Assembly: GCA_030390025.1 (NCBI GenBank)
Contig: CM059432.1
Span: forward strand, 41,976,001-42,040,000
Source of the DNA: Squalus acanthias
Lineage: Eukaryota
DNA length: 64,000 nt
Direction of reading: 5' to 3'
The position numbers and the translations under genes were made by a program. The notes below the pieces were generated by a model. The model had not been told where the DNA came from. It made no database searches and was given only the letters and a program-made list of their open reading frames with translations. Positions within the stretch are counted from its first letter, which is position 1; every line of letters starts with the position of its first letter. Below are positions 51,635-62,553 of the stretch, piece after piece.

Positions 51635-52925
51635 TGTAGGGGGTAGGTTCGTGGGGGTCAGGTTCACCTCTGACTCAGTGAGTGGTTCGAATCGCTCCCA
51701 CGCCCCTGGTTCTAGATCTTGGACTTATTTGGGGGTTGTGAACAAAGGTGCAGTAGACAACAGGTTTTGATGAAAGAATTTTGACTTTTATTAAAGAAAA
51801 AGGTAACAAACTTAAAACACACTTAATGCTTAAACACAGGTTGGGGAACACACGGTGCAGGCGAGGGAGAAATACAATATACAAAAACCCTTATCCCTCC
51901 CAAATCCCATTGCCTAGCTAGGGTTGATTCCAGAAGATCAGGGATAATGCTCACCAAATGACAGTTCTTGACAGTTGAGAGTTAGGGTTTAGAGTCTTTT
52001 GAGTAAAAGGTTTCGTAAGGCCCTTGTTGCCGCGAGGTGTCCGATGGTCACTGAGGCGGTCGCTCTGGTCTCTTGAACTGCTGGCCTTCTTTGTTGTACT
52101 TCTTTCTGTTGAACTCTGCCTCTGTTTAAACTGTCTTCTTCCGAGCTATGGAACTGCTTTCTTGCAAAACTGTGGAACTCCTTGCTGCTTCTTCCTTGCT
52201 TCTCCTGAACTCTGTAACTCCAGCCCTGACTTCTGCTGAAAACAGGCTTTTCGATTGAACTGCAGAACTGCCTTCTGTTGAACTTGAACTGTTGTTACTG
52301 CTTTTCTTGTTGAACTGCTTGATGGGCCTTCAATTATACTAAATTGAAGTGGCCTTATCAAAACCAAATCAAATCCCAGTCATTGTAAGACCTCGTTAAC
52401 AGTAACGACTTTACTAGCGTGTTAACTGGTTTTGTAAATGTGTGAAGTGGTTTTCAGGATAGCTCCATCCTGTCGATCTGTTGTTTAATCGGAGTTTGAA
52501 TTGTCCTCATGTTTTGGGTTTCTTGACTGGGACCTAGGACTTTGATCGAATATTTGCTTTATGCATGTCGTTAATGGGTCCTGTAAACGGTTTGATGGGA
52601 CCTGTTGGTTTGGGTGGGACTGTCTCCTCCTAGGGTCTATTGTCAAAATGTTAGTGTGTGCTGGGGCTTTGAGTGAGGTCATTCCGGTTACCCAGACATT
52701 GCAATTAACTGCAATACCCAAACTGCTTTTGCAGAGGTCGACCCCAACTTCCTTCGCAGCCTTTTCTCCCTTCACAGGCCCAGACATGTTTTTAAAATGC
52801 CAACACTTGGTTTTTGGTCTTAAAGTCTCTTAGGTTAGGCCCAAATGCATTTTTATCACTCTGAGGTAGTTCCAAAGTCCTTTTTCCTTAGGTTTTGGGG
52901 ATCTGCAAATTTTGGAAACCTTACA
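51635..52925 (-). mobile_element. Solo LTR (1291 bp)
   Basis: GAGT|TGTAGG...CCTTACA|GAGT 4-bp TSD; CR1 ORF2 resumes exactly; AATAAA on minus at ~51787-51792. Confidence 0.85.
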
Positions 52926-54132
52926 GAGTTTATTTGTGTCCTCCTTTGTGAAGACAGAACCAAAGTATGTATTTAATTGGTCTGCCATTTCTTTGTTCCC
53001 CATTATAAATTCCCCTGATTCTGACTGCAAGGGACCTACGCTTGACTTCACCAATCTTTTTCTCTTCACATATCTATCGAAGCTTTTACAGTCAGTTTTT
53101 ATGTTCCCTGAAAGCTTACTCTCATACTCTATTTTTCCCCTCTTAATTAATCCCTTTGTCCTCCTTTGCTGAATCCTAAACTGCTCCCAATCCTCAGGTT
53201 TGCTGCTTTTTCTGGCCAATTTATATGTCTTCTCCTTGGATCTTATGCTATCCCTAATTTCCCTTGTTAGCCACGGTTGAGTCACCTTTTTTGTTTTATT
53301 TTTATGCCAAACAGGGATGAACAAATTCTGTAGTTCATCCATGCGATCTTTAAATATTTGCCATTGCCTATCCACCGTCAACCCTTTAAGTAACATTCCT
53401 CAATCCATCCTAGCCAACTCGCGCCTCATACCATCGTAGTTTCCATTATTTAAATTCAGTACCCTAGTCTCTGAGTCAACTACTACTTCACTCTCCATCT
53501 TAATGAAGAATTCTATCATATTATGATCGCTCCTCCCCAAGAGGCTTCGCACAACAAAATTGCTAATTAATCCTTTCTCATTACATAATACCCAGTCTAA
53601 GATAGCCTGATCTCTAGTTGGTTCCTCAACATACTGATCCAGGAAACCATCCCATATACACTCTAGGAATTCCTCTTCCACAGTATTGTTACTAATTTGG
53701 TTAGCCCAATCTATATGTAGATTAAAGTCACCCATGATAACTGCTGTGCCCTTATTGCATGCGTCTCTAATTTCCCGTTTAATGCCATCCCCAACCTCAG
53801 CATTACTGTTTGGGGGTCTGTATACAACTCCCACTAACATTTTCTTCCCCTTGGTATTTCTGAGCTCTACCCATACAGATTCCACATCATCAGAGCTAAT
53901 ATCCTTCCTTACTATTGTGTTAATCTCCTCTTTAACCAGCAATGCTACCCCACCTCCTTTTCCTTTTTGCCTGTCCTTCCTGAATATTGAATACCCCTGG
54001 ATGTTGAATTCCCAGCCTTGGTCACCCTGGAGCCATGTCTCCGTAATCCCAATTATATCATATCCATTTACATCTATTTGCGCAGCTACTTCATCCACCT
54101 TATTACAAATGCTCCTCGCATTAAGACACAAA

Positions 54133-54703
54133 GCTCTTCCTGTCTTTTATTGTTGGTGGCATTTTTGAACTACGCATTCTGAGAGAGAGAGGGCGAGACT
54201 TCTGGAGAGATTCAACGTTGTGTGAAGGAGTTTTGGGTACTGAGCAGCACTTTGCAGGTTCATTTTGATTTGCCATTCCTTGTATCGATTTAGCAGAGAC
54301 TGTGGGAGCTGCACTCTGAGCTCTTTGCCTGGTACTCTCCATTGTTCTTTCCAGCACATTTGATGTGCAAGTCTCTCCAGGCCGAGATTCAAGGCTGCAA
54401 TGAACAGGATGTGGATGGAAAGCAAGATTAACCATCCCCTTTAAGAACTGGCCCGTGCCATTGTGTGTGTGTTCCATTGCTGACTGACATTACATGAGCT
54501 TCGCCACCGCTCTGAGTTAGCGCCTCACTCCTTGGCCTTTGCGCCTTAAGACAGGTGTGCAGCGCCTGATTTAGCGCTCCACTCACCTCCCGGGGCGGTA
54601 AAAGTGAAGTTTCCAGTCAGTGCCGATAATTAGCGCCAGGCACTAATATTTGCGTCCAGACGATATTTGCGCCCCAAATGGGGCGCGACCTAATTTTTAC
54701 CCC
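54133..54703. mobile_element. One-end-deleted copy of the 62922-63814 Harbinger MITE
   Basis: Near-identical reverse complement of 62922-63491; ends AATTTTTACCCC|AAA, with AAA also at 54130-54132. Confidence 0.92.
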
Positions 54704-54891
54704 AAAGCCTTCAGGCTTGTTTTTTTTAACACTCTTAGACCTTTTAGAATTATTGTTTACTGTGGCCATGTTTGATTTGCACACTTGATTTCTTTGACTT
54801 CCACTTTTGCTTTTCTCCTTCCTGTCTTTTGCTTCTATCCTTGCTTCCCTTTCCTCTGTCTCCCTGCACAGGTTCCCAACTCCCTGCCATT

Positions 54892-55842
54892 TTAGTTTAA
54901 ACCCTCCCCAACAGCACTAGCAAACACTCCCCCTAGGACATCAGTCCCGGTCCTGCCCAGGTGCAAACCGTTCAGTTTGTACTGGTCCCACCTCCCCCAG
55001 AACCGGTTCCAATGTCCCAGGAATTTGAATCCCTCCCCTTTGCACCATTCTTCTAGCCACGTATTCATCTGAAATATCCTTCTATTTCTACTCTGACTAG
55101 CACATGGCACTGGTAGCAATCCTGAGATTACTACCTTTGAGATCCTATTTTTTAATTTACCTCCTAACTCCCTATATTCAGCTTTTAGGACCTCATCCCG
55201 TTTTTTACCTATATCGTTGGTACCTCTATGCACCACGACAACTGGCTGTTCACCCTCCCCCTCCAGAATGCCCTGCAGCTGCTCCGAGACATCCTTGACC
55301 CTTGCACCAGGGAGGCAACATACCATCCTGGAGTCTCGTTTGCGGCCGCAGAAACACCTATCTATTCCCCTTACAATAGAATCCCCTATCAATATAGCTC
55401 TCCCGCTCTTTTTCCTCCCGTCCTGTGCAGCAGAACCACCCATGGTGCCAGGAAGTTGGTTGCTGCTGCCTTCCCCCGATAAGCCGTCCTCCTCAACAAT
55501 ATCCAAAGCGGTATATCTGTTTGAGAGGGGGATGGCCACAGGGGACCCCTGCACTACCTGCCTGCGCCTACTACTCTGCCTGGTGGTCACCCATTCCCTT
55601 CCTGCCTGTGCAGCCTTTACCTGCGGTGTGACCAACTCATTAAACATGATATTCACGATGTCCTGAGCATTGCGAATGCTCCAGTATGTATCCATTCGCA
55701 GCTCCAGCGCCGCAATGCGGTTTGCCAATAGCTGCAGCTGGATACACTTCCCGCACACATGGTCGTCAGGGACACAGGAAGTGTCCCTGATTTCCCACAT
55801 AGTGCAGGAGGAGCATGCCACGGGGCCGAGCTGTGCTGCCAT
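54892..55842 (-). CDS. CR1 ORF1: zinc finger/leucine zipper plus SGNH esterase
   Basis: CSSCTMW...CGKC, heptad LLANRIAALEL, LSNRY, LIGDSIVR, CLPGA, GTND, GLHL; open 316 aa. Confidence 0.9.
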   Translation of the reverse strand: MAAQLGPVACSSCTMWEIRDTSCVPDDHVCGKCIQLQLLANRIAALELRMDTYWSIRNAQDIVNIMFNELVTPQVKAAQAGREWVTTRQSSRRRQVVQGSPVAIPLSNRYTALDIVEEDGLSGEGSSNQLPGTMGGSAAQDGRKKSGRAILIGDSIVRGIDRCFCGRKRDSRMVCCLPGARVKDVSEQLQGILEGEGEQPVVVVHRGTNDIGKKRDEVLKAEYRELGGKLKNRISKVVISGLLPVPCASQSRNRRIFQMNTWLEEWCKGEGFKFLGHWNRFWGRWDQYKLNGLHLGRTGTDVLGGVFASAVGEGLN

Positions 55843-56153
55843 GACTTACCCTTTAATTAATTTAAATCAAATTAAATCAAATCAATACCACAAATTACAC
55901 TACAATTAAATGATATAGTCAAGGCCCCTCCTCTTAGCACTCCCCGCTACACAACTGAGACCGTAGAAACTATAACCACAAAATTAAGACCTTCTAAACT
56001 TTATAAACTATTAACCTTAACTGTCAAACTATAGAGTAGTATAAATACTCACCTGGCCGTACTCACCCAATCAGCTGCTTCCTCTTGCCCGCATCACTTT
56101 TTGAATCTTGACATGGTTCTGGAACGCCGCCGCCGGTCTGCGAGATTGGTAAG

Positions 56154-56433
56154 CCTCTGAAAAAAGCCCGCGAAAGTGAGTTTAAATACTCACTGTACCG
56201 TCACTCTCTCCGCTCGCGACACCGGCCTCTGAAAAAAGCCCGCGAAAGTGAGTTTAAATACTCACTGTACCGCCGCTCTCTGCTCATCCCGACACCGGCC
56301 TCTGAAAAAAGCCCGCAAAAGTGAGTTTAAATACTCACTGTACCGTCACTCTCTCCGCTCGCGACACCGGCCTCTGAAAAAAGCCCGCGAAAGTGAGTTT
56401 AAATACTCACTGTACCGTCGCTCTCTCCGCTCC
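56154..56433 (-). repeat. 72-73-bp tandem monomers x~4 in the CR1 5' UTR
   Basis: Units start at 56154, 56226, 56299 and 56371. Confidence 0.95.
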
Positions 56434-56611
56434 CAACACTGGTGAAGTTATCAAGTGAATGAGCCAAGCACTGTTCCTTCCTTACCTTGTGTTATTTTTC
56501 AGTAGTCTTCTGTTGAAGTGTGCAGGTAGAACTGTCTTTTCACAGGCTGCACTTTAGAGTGAACACCAACGTCTACTCCAATGAGTATGCAAATGAGCTT
56601 ACCCACAAACT

Positions 56612-58479
56612 CTTAGGAGATCAAAGAGGGGCCATGAAATAACACCGGCGAGCAAAATAAAGGAAAATCCTAAGATGTTTTATAAGTATATTAAGGGTAA
56701 GAGGATAACTAGGGAAAAAATAGGGCCCATTAGGGACAAAAGTGGCAATCTGTGTGTGGAGCCGGAAGATGTAGGTGGGGTTCTAAATGAATTTTTTGCA
56801 TCTGTTTTCACTATGGAGAAGGACGATGCAGACATAAAATTAGGGCAGGGAGACTGTGATATACTCGAACATTTTAACATCGAGAGGGAGGAGGTATTGG
56901 CGGTTTTAGCAGGTCTGAAAATGGATAAATCCCCAGGTCCGGACGAAATGTATCCCAGGCTGCTGTGTGAGGCAAAGGAGGAGATTGCGGGGGCTCTAAC
57001 ACATATATTCAGAACCTCTCTGGCCACAGGGGATGTGCCAGAGGACTGGAGAACCGCTAATGTAGTACCATTATTCAAGAAAGGGAGTAGGGAAAAACCG
57101 GGTAACTACAGGCCAGTGAGCCTAACATCAGTGGTAGGAAAATTATTGGAAAAAATTCTGAGGGACAAAATCAGTCTCCACTTGGAGAAGCAAGGATTAA
57201 TCAGGGTTAGCCAACATGGCTTTGTCAAGGGAAGATCATGTCTGACTAATTTGATTGAATTTTTTCAGGGGGTGACTAGGTGTGTGGGTGAGGGTAACGC
57301 AGTGGATGTGGTATACAGTAAGGCCTTCGATAAAGTCCCGCACAGGAAACTGGTCAAGAAGGTAAGAGCCCATGGAATCCAGGGTGCCTTGGCACATTGG
57401 ATACAAAACTGGCTCAGTGGCAGAAGGCAGAGGGTGGTGGTCGAAGGTTGTTTTTGTGACTGGAAGCCTGTGGCCAGTGGGTTACCACAGGGATCGGTGC
57501 TGGGTCCCTTGCTGTTTGTGGTCTACATTAACGACTTGGATATGAATGTAAAAGGTATGATCAGTAAGTTCGCGGATGATACAAAAATTGGTAGGGTGGT
57601 AAATAGCGAGGAGGGTAGCCTCAGTCTGCAGGACGATATAGATGGGTTGGTCAGATGGGCGGAACAGTGGCAAATGGAACTTAATCCGGAAAAGTGCGAG
57701 GTGATGCACTTTGGAGGGACTAACAAGGCAAGGGAATACACAATGAATGGTAAGACCCTAGGCAAGACGGAGGGTCAGAGGGATCTTGGTGTGCAAGTAT
57801 ACAAATCCCTGAAGGCGGCGGAACAGGTGGATAAGGTGGTAAAAAAGGCATATGGGATACTTGCATTCATTAGCCGAGGCATAGAATATAAGAGCAAGGA
57901 GGTTATGATGGAGCTGTATAAAACACTGGTTAGGCCACATCTGGAATACTGTGTGCAGTTCTGGTCACCACACTACAGGAAGGATGTGATCGCTTTGGAG
58001 AGGGTGCAGAGGAGATTCACCAGAATGTTACCCGGGATGGAGTGCTTCAGCTATGAAGAGAGACTGGGCAGATTGGGTTTGTTTTCCTTGGAGCAGAGGA
58101 GGCTGAGGGGGACATGATTGAGGTGTACAAAATTATGAGGGGCATAGATAGGATGGATACTAAGGAGCTTTTTCCCTTAGTAGAGGGGTCTATAACAAGG
58201 GGGCATAGATTCAAGGTAAAGGGCGGGAGGGTTAGAAGGGATTTGAGAAAGAACTTTTTCACCCAGAGGGTGGTTGGAGTCTGGAACTCACTGCCTGAAA
58301 GGGTTGTGGAGGCAGGAACCCTCACAACATTCAAGAAGCATTTGGATGAGCACTTGAAATGCCATAGCATACAAGGCTACGGACCAAATGCTGGAATATG
58401 GGATTAGATTAGACAGGGCTTGATGGCCGGCGCGGACACGATGGGCCGAAGGGCCTCTATCCGTGCTGTATAACTCTAT
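56612..58479 (+). mobile_element. 5'-truncated young CR1; tail continues at 62911-62921 and 63815-63830
   Basis: RT ORF 56675-58117 plus frameshifted 58114-58407; (ACTCTATG)n tail. Confidence 0.95.
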
Positions 58480-58651
58480 GGGGTAAAAATTCAGTTGGTT
58501 GCGCCTCCCGTTAGCGCCTTAAATGGGCGCTAATGGGGCGTTAAGGCGCTAACGCCCGGGCGCAGCGCTGTTTGCGCCGCTCGAGAACTTAACTTGAGAT
58601 TGTGCGGCGGCGCTAAAACTTACCGCTGCGACCACCTGCGCGCGCAGATTG

Positions 58652-58797
58652 TGACGTCATTCCGTGGTGCAACGCCCTTGGGGCGCCCCGGAGCGGAAAT
58701 TGAGTGGCGCCCCCTGCCTTACCGCCTGGCGCTTCCAACGACCGGAAGACTGGAACGTTATCAATCGGTGTGGGGCTGGGGGGGGGCGCTATTTAAA
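58652..58797 (+). promoter_or_regulatory. Putative transposase promoter: CRE plus TATA
   Basis: TGACGTCA at 58652-58659 and TATTTAAA at 58790-58797; possible 5' UTR intron 58917-58987. Confidence 0.55.
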
Positions 58798-58992
58798 GGG
58801 GGCCTCTTCCTGTCTTTTTCTGTGGTCGACATTTATGCACCACTCGTTCTGAGAGAGAGAGAGAGATTCGGAGAGAGAGAGAGAGAGACTTCTACATTGA
58901 CTCAACGCTTTGTGAGGTAGTTTTGCCTAGTTCATCCTAACTTTGCTGCTACTTTCGTTGCTGTACCTCATTACTTTTCTGGCAAAGAGAAT

Positions 58993-60153
58993 ATGGGGGC
59001 TGCAATGATTGGGGGCGTCGTCCTGCTCCAGCTCAATCGGAGGAGAGTGAGACGCAGACAGAGAGTGGCAATGATGGCCAGACGGAGGAGGCCCATCAGG
59101 CGCATGTACAGGAGAGCTTACCCTCCCAGGGTATATCGTGAACAGCTCTCCTACATCCACATGTCCGAGGAGCTGTGTTTGCGAAGGCTGCGATTCAGCA
59201 AGGAGGTGGTCACTGAGCTCTGCCACCTGCTGCAGCCAGATCTGCAGCCTCAGCTGAGGTCCAGGACGTCTCTGTCGGTGGCAGTGAAGGTCACAGTGGC
59301 TTTGAACTTCTACGCCACTGGCTCATTCCAAGCTGCTGTTGGGGACCTCGCCAATATCTCCCAGTTTGCGGTGCATCGCTGCATCCGGCAGGTCACCAAT
59401 GCCCTCTTCACAAGGAGACGAGACTTCATCTCCTTCCCTATGACCCCAGACAAGCAGCATGACCGTGCTATGGGCTTTGCGAGGGTAGCGGGCTTCCCCA
59501 TGGTGCAGGGCGCCATTGACTGCACGCATGTGGCTTTGCGTGCTCCGCGAGAGAATGCAGAGGAGTTCCGGAACAGAAAGGGGTTCCATTCCTTGAATGT
59601 GCAGTTGGTCTGTGACCACAGACAGGTGATTCTCGTTGTCAATGCCCACTATCCGGGCAGCTGCCACGATGCTTTCATCCTGCGCCAGAGTACTGTGGCA
59701 GAAATTTTCGAGGCACCGCATCAGCCAGTTGGTTGGCTTCTGGGGGACAAGGGGTACGCATTGAGCACCTGGCTGATGACACCGCTCCGTGCACCAAACA
59801 CCCCTGCTGAGCTGCGGTACCAGGAAAGCCAACAAGCAACGAGGAACATTATTGAGCGCACAATCGGCGTGCTCAAACAACGATTCCGCTGTCTGGACCA
59901 TTCCGGAGGAGCCCTGCAGTACTCGCCTGAGCAAGTTTCCAAATTCGTAGTGGTGTGCTGCATGTTGCACAACATGGCAATCCTCAGGACGCAGCCAATG
60001 CCACCAGGCCTTGCAGCACCACAAGAGGAGGAGGAGGAAGAGGAGGAACAGGCCGAGGACGATGATCAGCAGCAGCACCAAGGCAGGAGGGCGGCCCACA
60101 ATGGTCAAACTGCAAGGGCCGTCCGTCAACGACTAATAGCAAGCCGCTTCTAG
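58993..60153 (+). CDS. Harbinger DDE transposase (HARBI1-like), 386 aa, intact
   Basis: GAIDCTHV, NRKGFHSLNVQLVCD, PGSCHD, LLGDKGY, RNIIERTIGVLKQRFRCL, CCMLHN. Confidence 0.96.
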   Translation: MGAAMIGGVVLLQLNRRRVRRRQRVAMMARRRRPIRRMYRRAYPPRVYREQLSYIHMSEELCLRRLRFSKEVVTELCHLLQPDLQPQLRSRTSLSVAVKVTVALNFYATGSFQAAVGDLANISQFAVHRCIRQVTNALFTRRRDFISFPMTPDKQHDRAMGFARVAGFPMVQGAIDCTHVALRAPRENAEEFRNRKGFHSLNVQLVCDHRQVILVVNAHYPGSCHDAFILRQSTVAEIFEAPHQPVGWLLGDKGYALSTWLMTPLRAPNTPAELRYQESQQATRNIIERTIGVLKQRFRCLDHSGGALQYSPEQVSKFVVVCCMLHNMAILRTQPMPPGLAAPQEEEEEEEEQAEDDDQQQHQGRRAAHNGQTARAVRQRLIASRF

Positions 60154-60447
60154 GGCCCCTGCCAGTGCAACAAACACGAATCAACCCAGCACGCAACCCC
60201 TAAGCCGGCCAAGGCACCAATAATTCCAACCACCAGCCATGTATATTTTGAATACAGAAACTTATTTATTGTACAAACTCTGTGTGTGTCAATTCCTCAT
60301 GACAAACTCATAGAAATAAACACAAAAAAACAGTCAATAACATAACTGGTTCTCACAACCTGGAGATAATGTCCAAAACACTAAACAAAAGTTGGGCCAT
60401 GAACCTCAGCCTTTAATTATAAAATGACCAGCATTTTGGCACACCTC

Positions 60448-62553
60448 CTACTTTTTGCCCTTCGAGGGTGATCTCCTTCCCTTGCGCACTTCCCCCCTTC
60501 TAACCCTACTGCTCCTCCGTAATGGGACCTCAGTGGCTGCAGCAAGGCTGGTGGAAGGCTGCTGCTTGTCAGACCCTGACACTGCAGATGCCCCTGAAGG
60601 ACGGCCTCGACCACTTCTGGGCCTGGAGGGCCCGGCTGCAGACTGCACCAACTCTGCATGGGCGGCAGCAGTCTGTCCTACAGGCGGTGGCAAGTGCAGT
60701 GGAGAAGTGACAGTGTTGGCAGCAGGAATGCTGTCATCGTGAGAGAGGACAGCAACTCCCTGCTCGCCCGACACACTGGCACTCCCACGGGGCAGCACTT
60801 CAGCATCCGGAGCAATTTGCCGGAGAACAGATTGCTGGCCTGCTGCGGCGCGGTGACAGCCCCGGGGACATGTGCACGAACCATCGAGGATGGCAGCAGT
60901 CAGTGCTCGCGTGGCCTCAATCTGAGTCTGCATGAGAGCAGGCTCAGATGGGTTCCTGGCAGCCAGTGACTGAATTGCAGCAGTAAGCTTTAGTGTGGCA
61001 TCCGCCTGTGCTACAGCGAAGTGCTCCACACTCCTTGCCAGTGCCTCAATGCATTCGGGCACCCTTCCCACTGCACCCATGAGCTCAGTGTGCATGCCCA
61101 CCGCCTGGCTGTTCATTTCTGCAATCAGCCGCTCCTCCTCTGCGTCCATTGCATTAGGAGTGTCTGGCATACTCTCCCTCTGGGGAGAAGGCTCCCGTTC
61201 TTCCCTCCCCCCCCCATGGCGTTGCTGCAGCCCGCTGGGTCCTGGAACTTCACCATCATCAGCCCCTTCCCCCCTGCTCCCCCGTTCTTCCCTCCCCCCC
61301 CCCATGGCGTTGCTGCAGCCCGCTGGGTCCTGGAACTTCACCATCATCAGCCCCTTCCCCCCTGCTCCCCCGTTCTTCCCTCCCCCCCCAATGGCGTTGC
61401 TGCAGCCCGCTGGGTCCTGGAACTTCACCATCATCAGCCCCTTCCCCCCTGCTCCCCTCCGGGGAAGGCGTGTTCCCAGTGTGGCCATGGGCTTCCTCGG
61501 GAGAGGGTGGCACTGATGCTCCGGCTTCCTCTTCCTCCTCAGCTGCAGCATCACTCCCAGTGGCAGCTTCAGGGACCATCTCCTCAGCTGGTGAATCACC
61601 ATCTGAAAGCAGGGAGGTACAAGAGTGGCTTTAGCGTGAGGACAGGGTGGCAGTAAGGGAGGAATAAGTGCAGCGAGTTAGCAAGTTGGAGTGAAAGTGT
61701 CAAAGGCTGGTATTGTGAGGGACAAGTGGAAGGACAGAGGACAAAAAGGTGATGACCTTACCATTGCTGTCCACAACGGGGTCGGCGTCTCCAGTGGCGA
61801 CGGGACCGATCACCCGGCTTGCCACAATCCTGTGGACGCGCTCCTCCAGATCGCTGAGGGGTTGCAGCTGAAGCCGCCCTCCACCCGTCCGTTGCTGCTG
61901 TCTCCGATTATGAGCCAGCTTAGCCTGCAAGAAAAAGGACAGCATCTGAGTCAATATACAGCCATGGTCTTGCCTGATGTGCCTCCCATAGGTGAATAGC
62001 CCTTACAATATGCAGCCATGGTCTTGCCTGATGTGCCTCCCATAGGTGAATAGCCCTTACAATATGCAGCCATGGTCTTGCCTGATGTGCCTCCCATAGG
62101 TGAATAGCCCTTACAATATGCAGCCATGGTCTTGCCTGATGTGCCTCCCATAGGTGAATAGCCCTTACTGTATGCAAAGTGTGGAATGTGTGTGTGTGTT
62201 TGATGAAAGGGCCATAGGTGTTGCATGAGTGTTGTGCATTGGGGTTTTAAGACCCTCTGGCCATAGAGTGAGGTTGAGATGGAGGGATGGAGAGGTATTG
62301 AGAAAAAGCCACTCACCCTGACGACCCGAGTGAGGTCGTTGAACTTTTTGCGGCACTGGACATGGGTCCTGGGCACCATGCTCCTGGAGGAGACGCTCTG
62401 AGCCACCTCCCTCCACACTCTTCTGAACTCGCGTGGCAAAGGCCTCCTGCCACTCTCCGGGAACAGCATGCATCGTCTGCGCTCCACTGCGTCAACCAGA
62501 GCATCCAAGGCCCGCTCGGTGAAGCGATGAGCGCGTTCTCTCACCCTTTCCAT
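60448..62553 (-). CDS. Harbinger Myb/SANT-like protein, join(62553-62317, 61924-61762, 61602-60448); one +1 homopolymer frameshift
   Basis: RFTERALDALVDAV...WREVAQSV...QCRKKFNDL; AGG|gtgagt, gcag|GCT, G|gtaagg, tcag|AT; about 517 aa if the extra C at ~61294-61303 is removed. Confidence 0.88.
61194..61457 (-). repeat. 87-bp coding tandem repeat x3
   Basis: Units start at 61194, 61281 and 61369; encode REERGSRGEGADDGEVPGPSGLQQRHGGG. Confidence 0.95.
61952..62168 (-). repeat. 54-bp tandem repeat x4 in Myb intron 1
   Basis: Units start at 61952, 62006, 62060 and 62114. Confidence 0.95.

Larger units (their letters stand above)
49305..56440 (-). mobile_element. Full-length CR1 (5' UTR monomers, ORF1, ORF2) with four nested insertions
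   Basis: ORF1 54892-55842; ORF2 pieces 53400-54131, 52930-53396, 51208-51624, 50903-51211, 50503-50843; 3' tail at ~49305. Confidence 0.92.

Noticed and set aside
45846..51646. Numerous plus-strand ORFs
   Set aside because: Antisense shadows of CR1 ORF2.
56587..56594. Octamer motif ATGCAAAT
   Set aside because: A single short motif with no supporting context.
58993..60153. Domesticated host gene HARBI1
   Set aside because: It lies within TIRs and a TSD, has a Myb partner, and has decayed relatives in the window; it is a transposon ORF.
60448..61602. Independent 384-aa third gene
   Set aside because: Its ATG coincides with the exon 3 acceptor; the N-terminal third is an out-of-frame reading caused by the homopolymer shift.
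61952..62168. CRISPR-like array (also 56154-56433 and 61194-61457)
   Set aside because: These are head-to-tail repeats without unique spacers, in a eukaryotic context with no cas genes.
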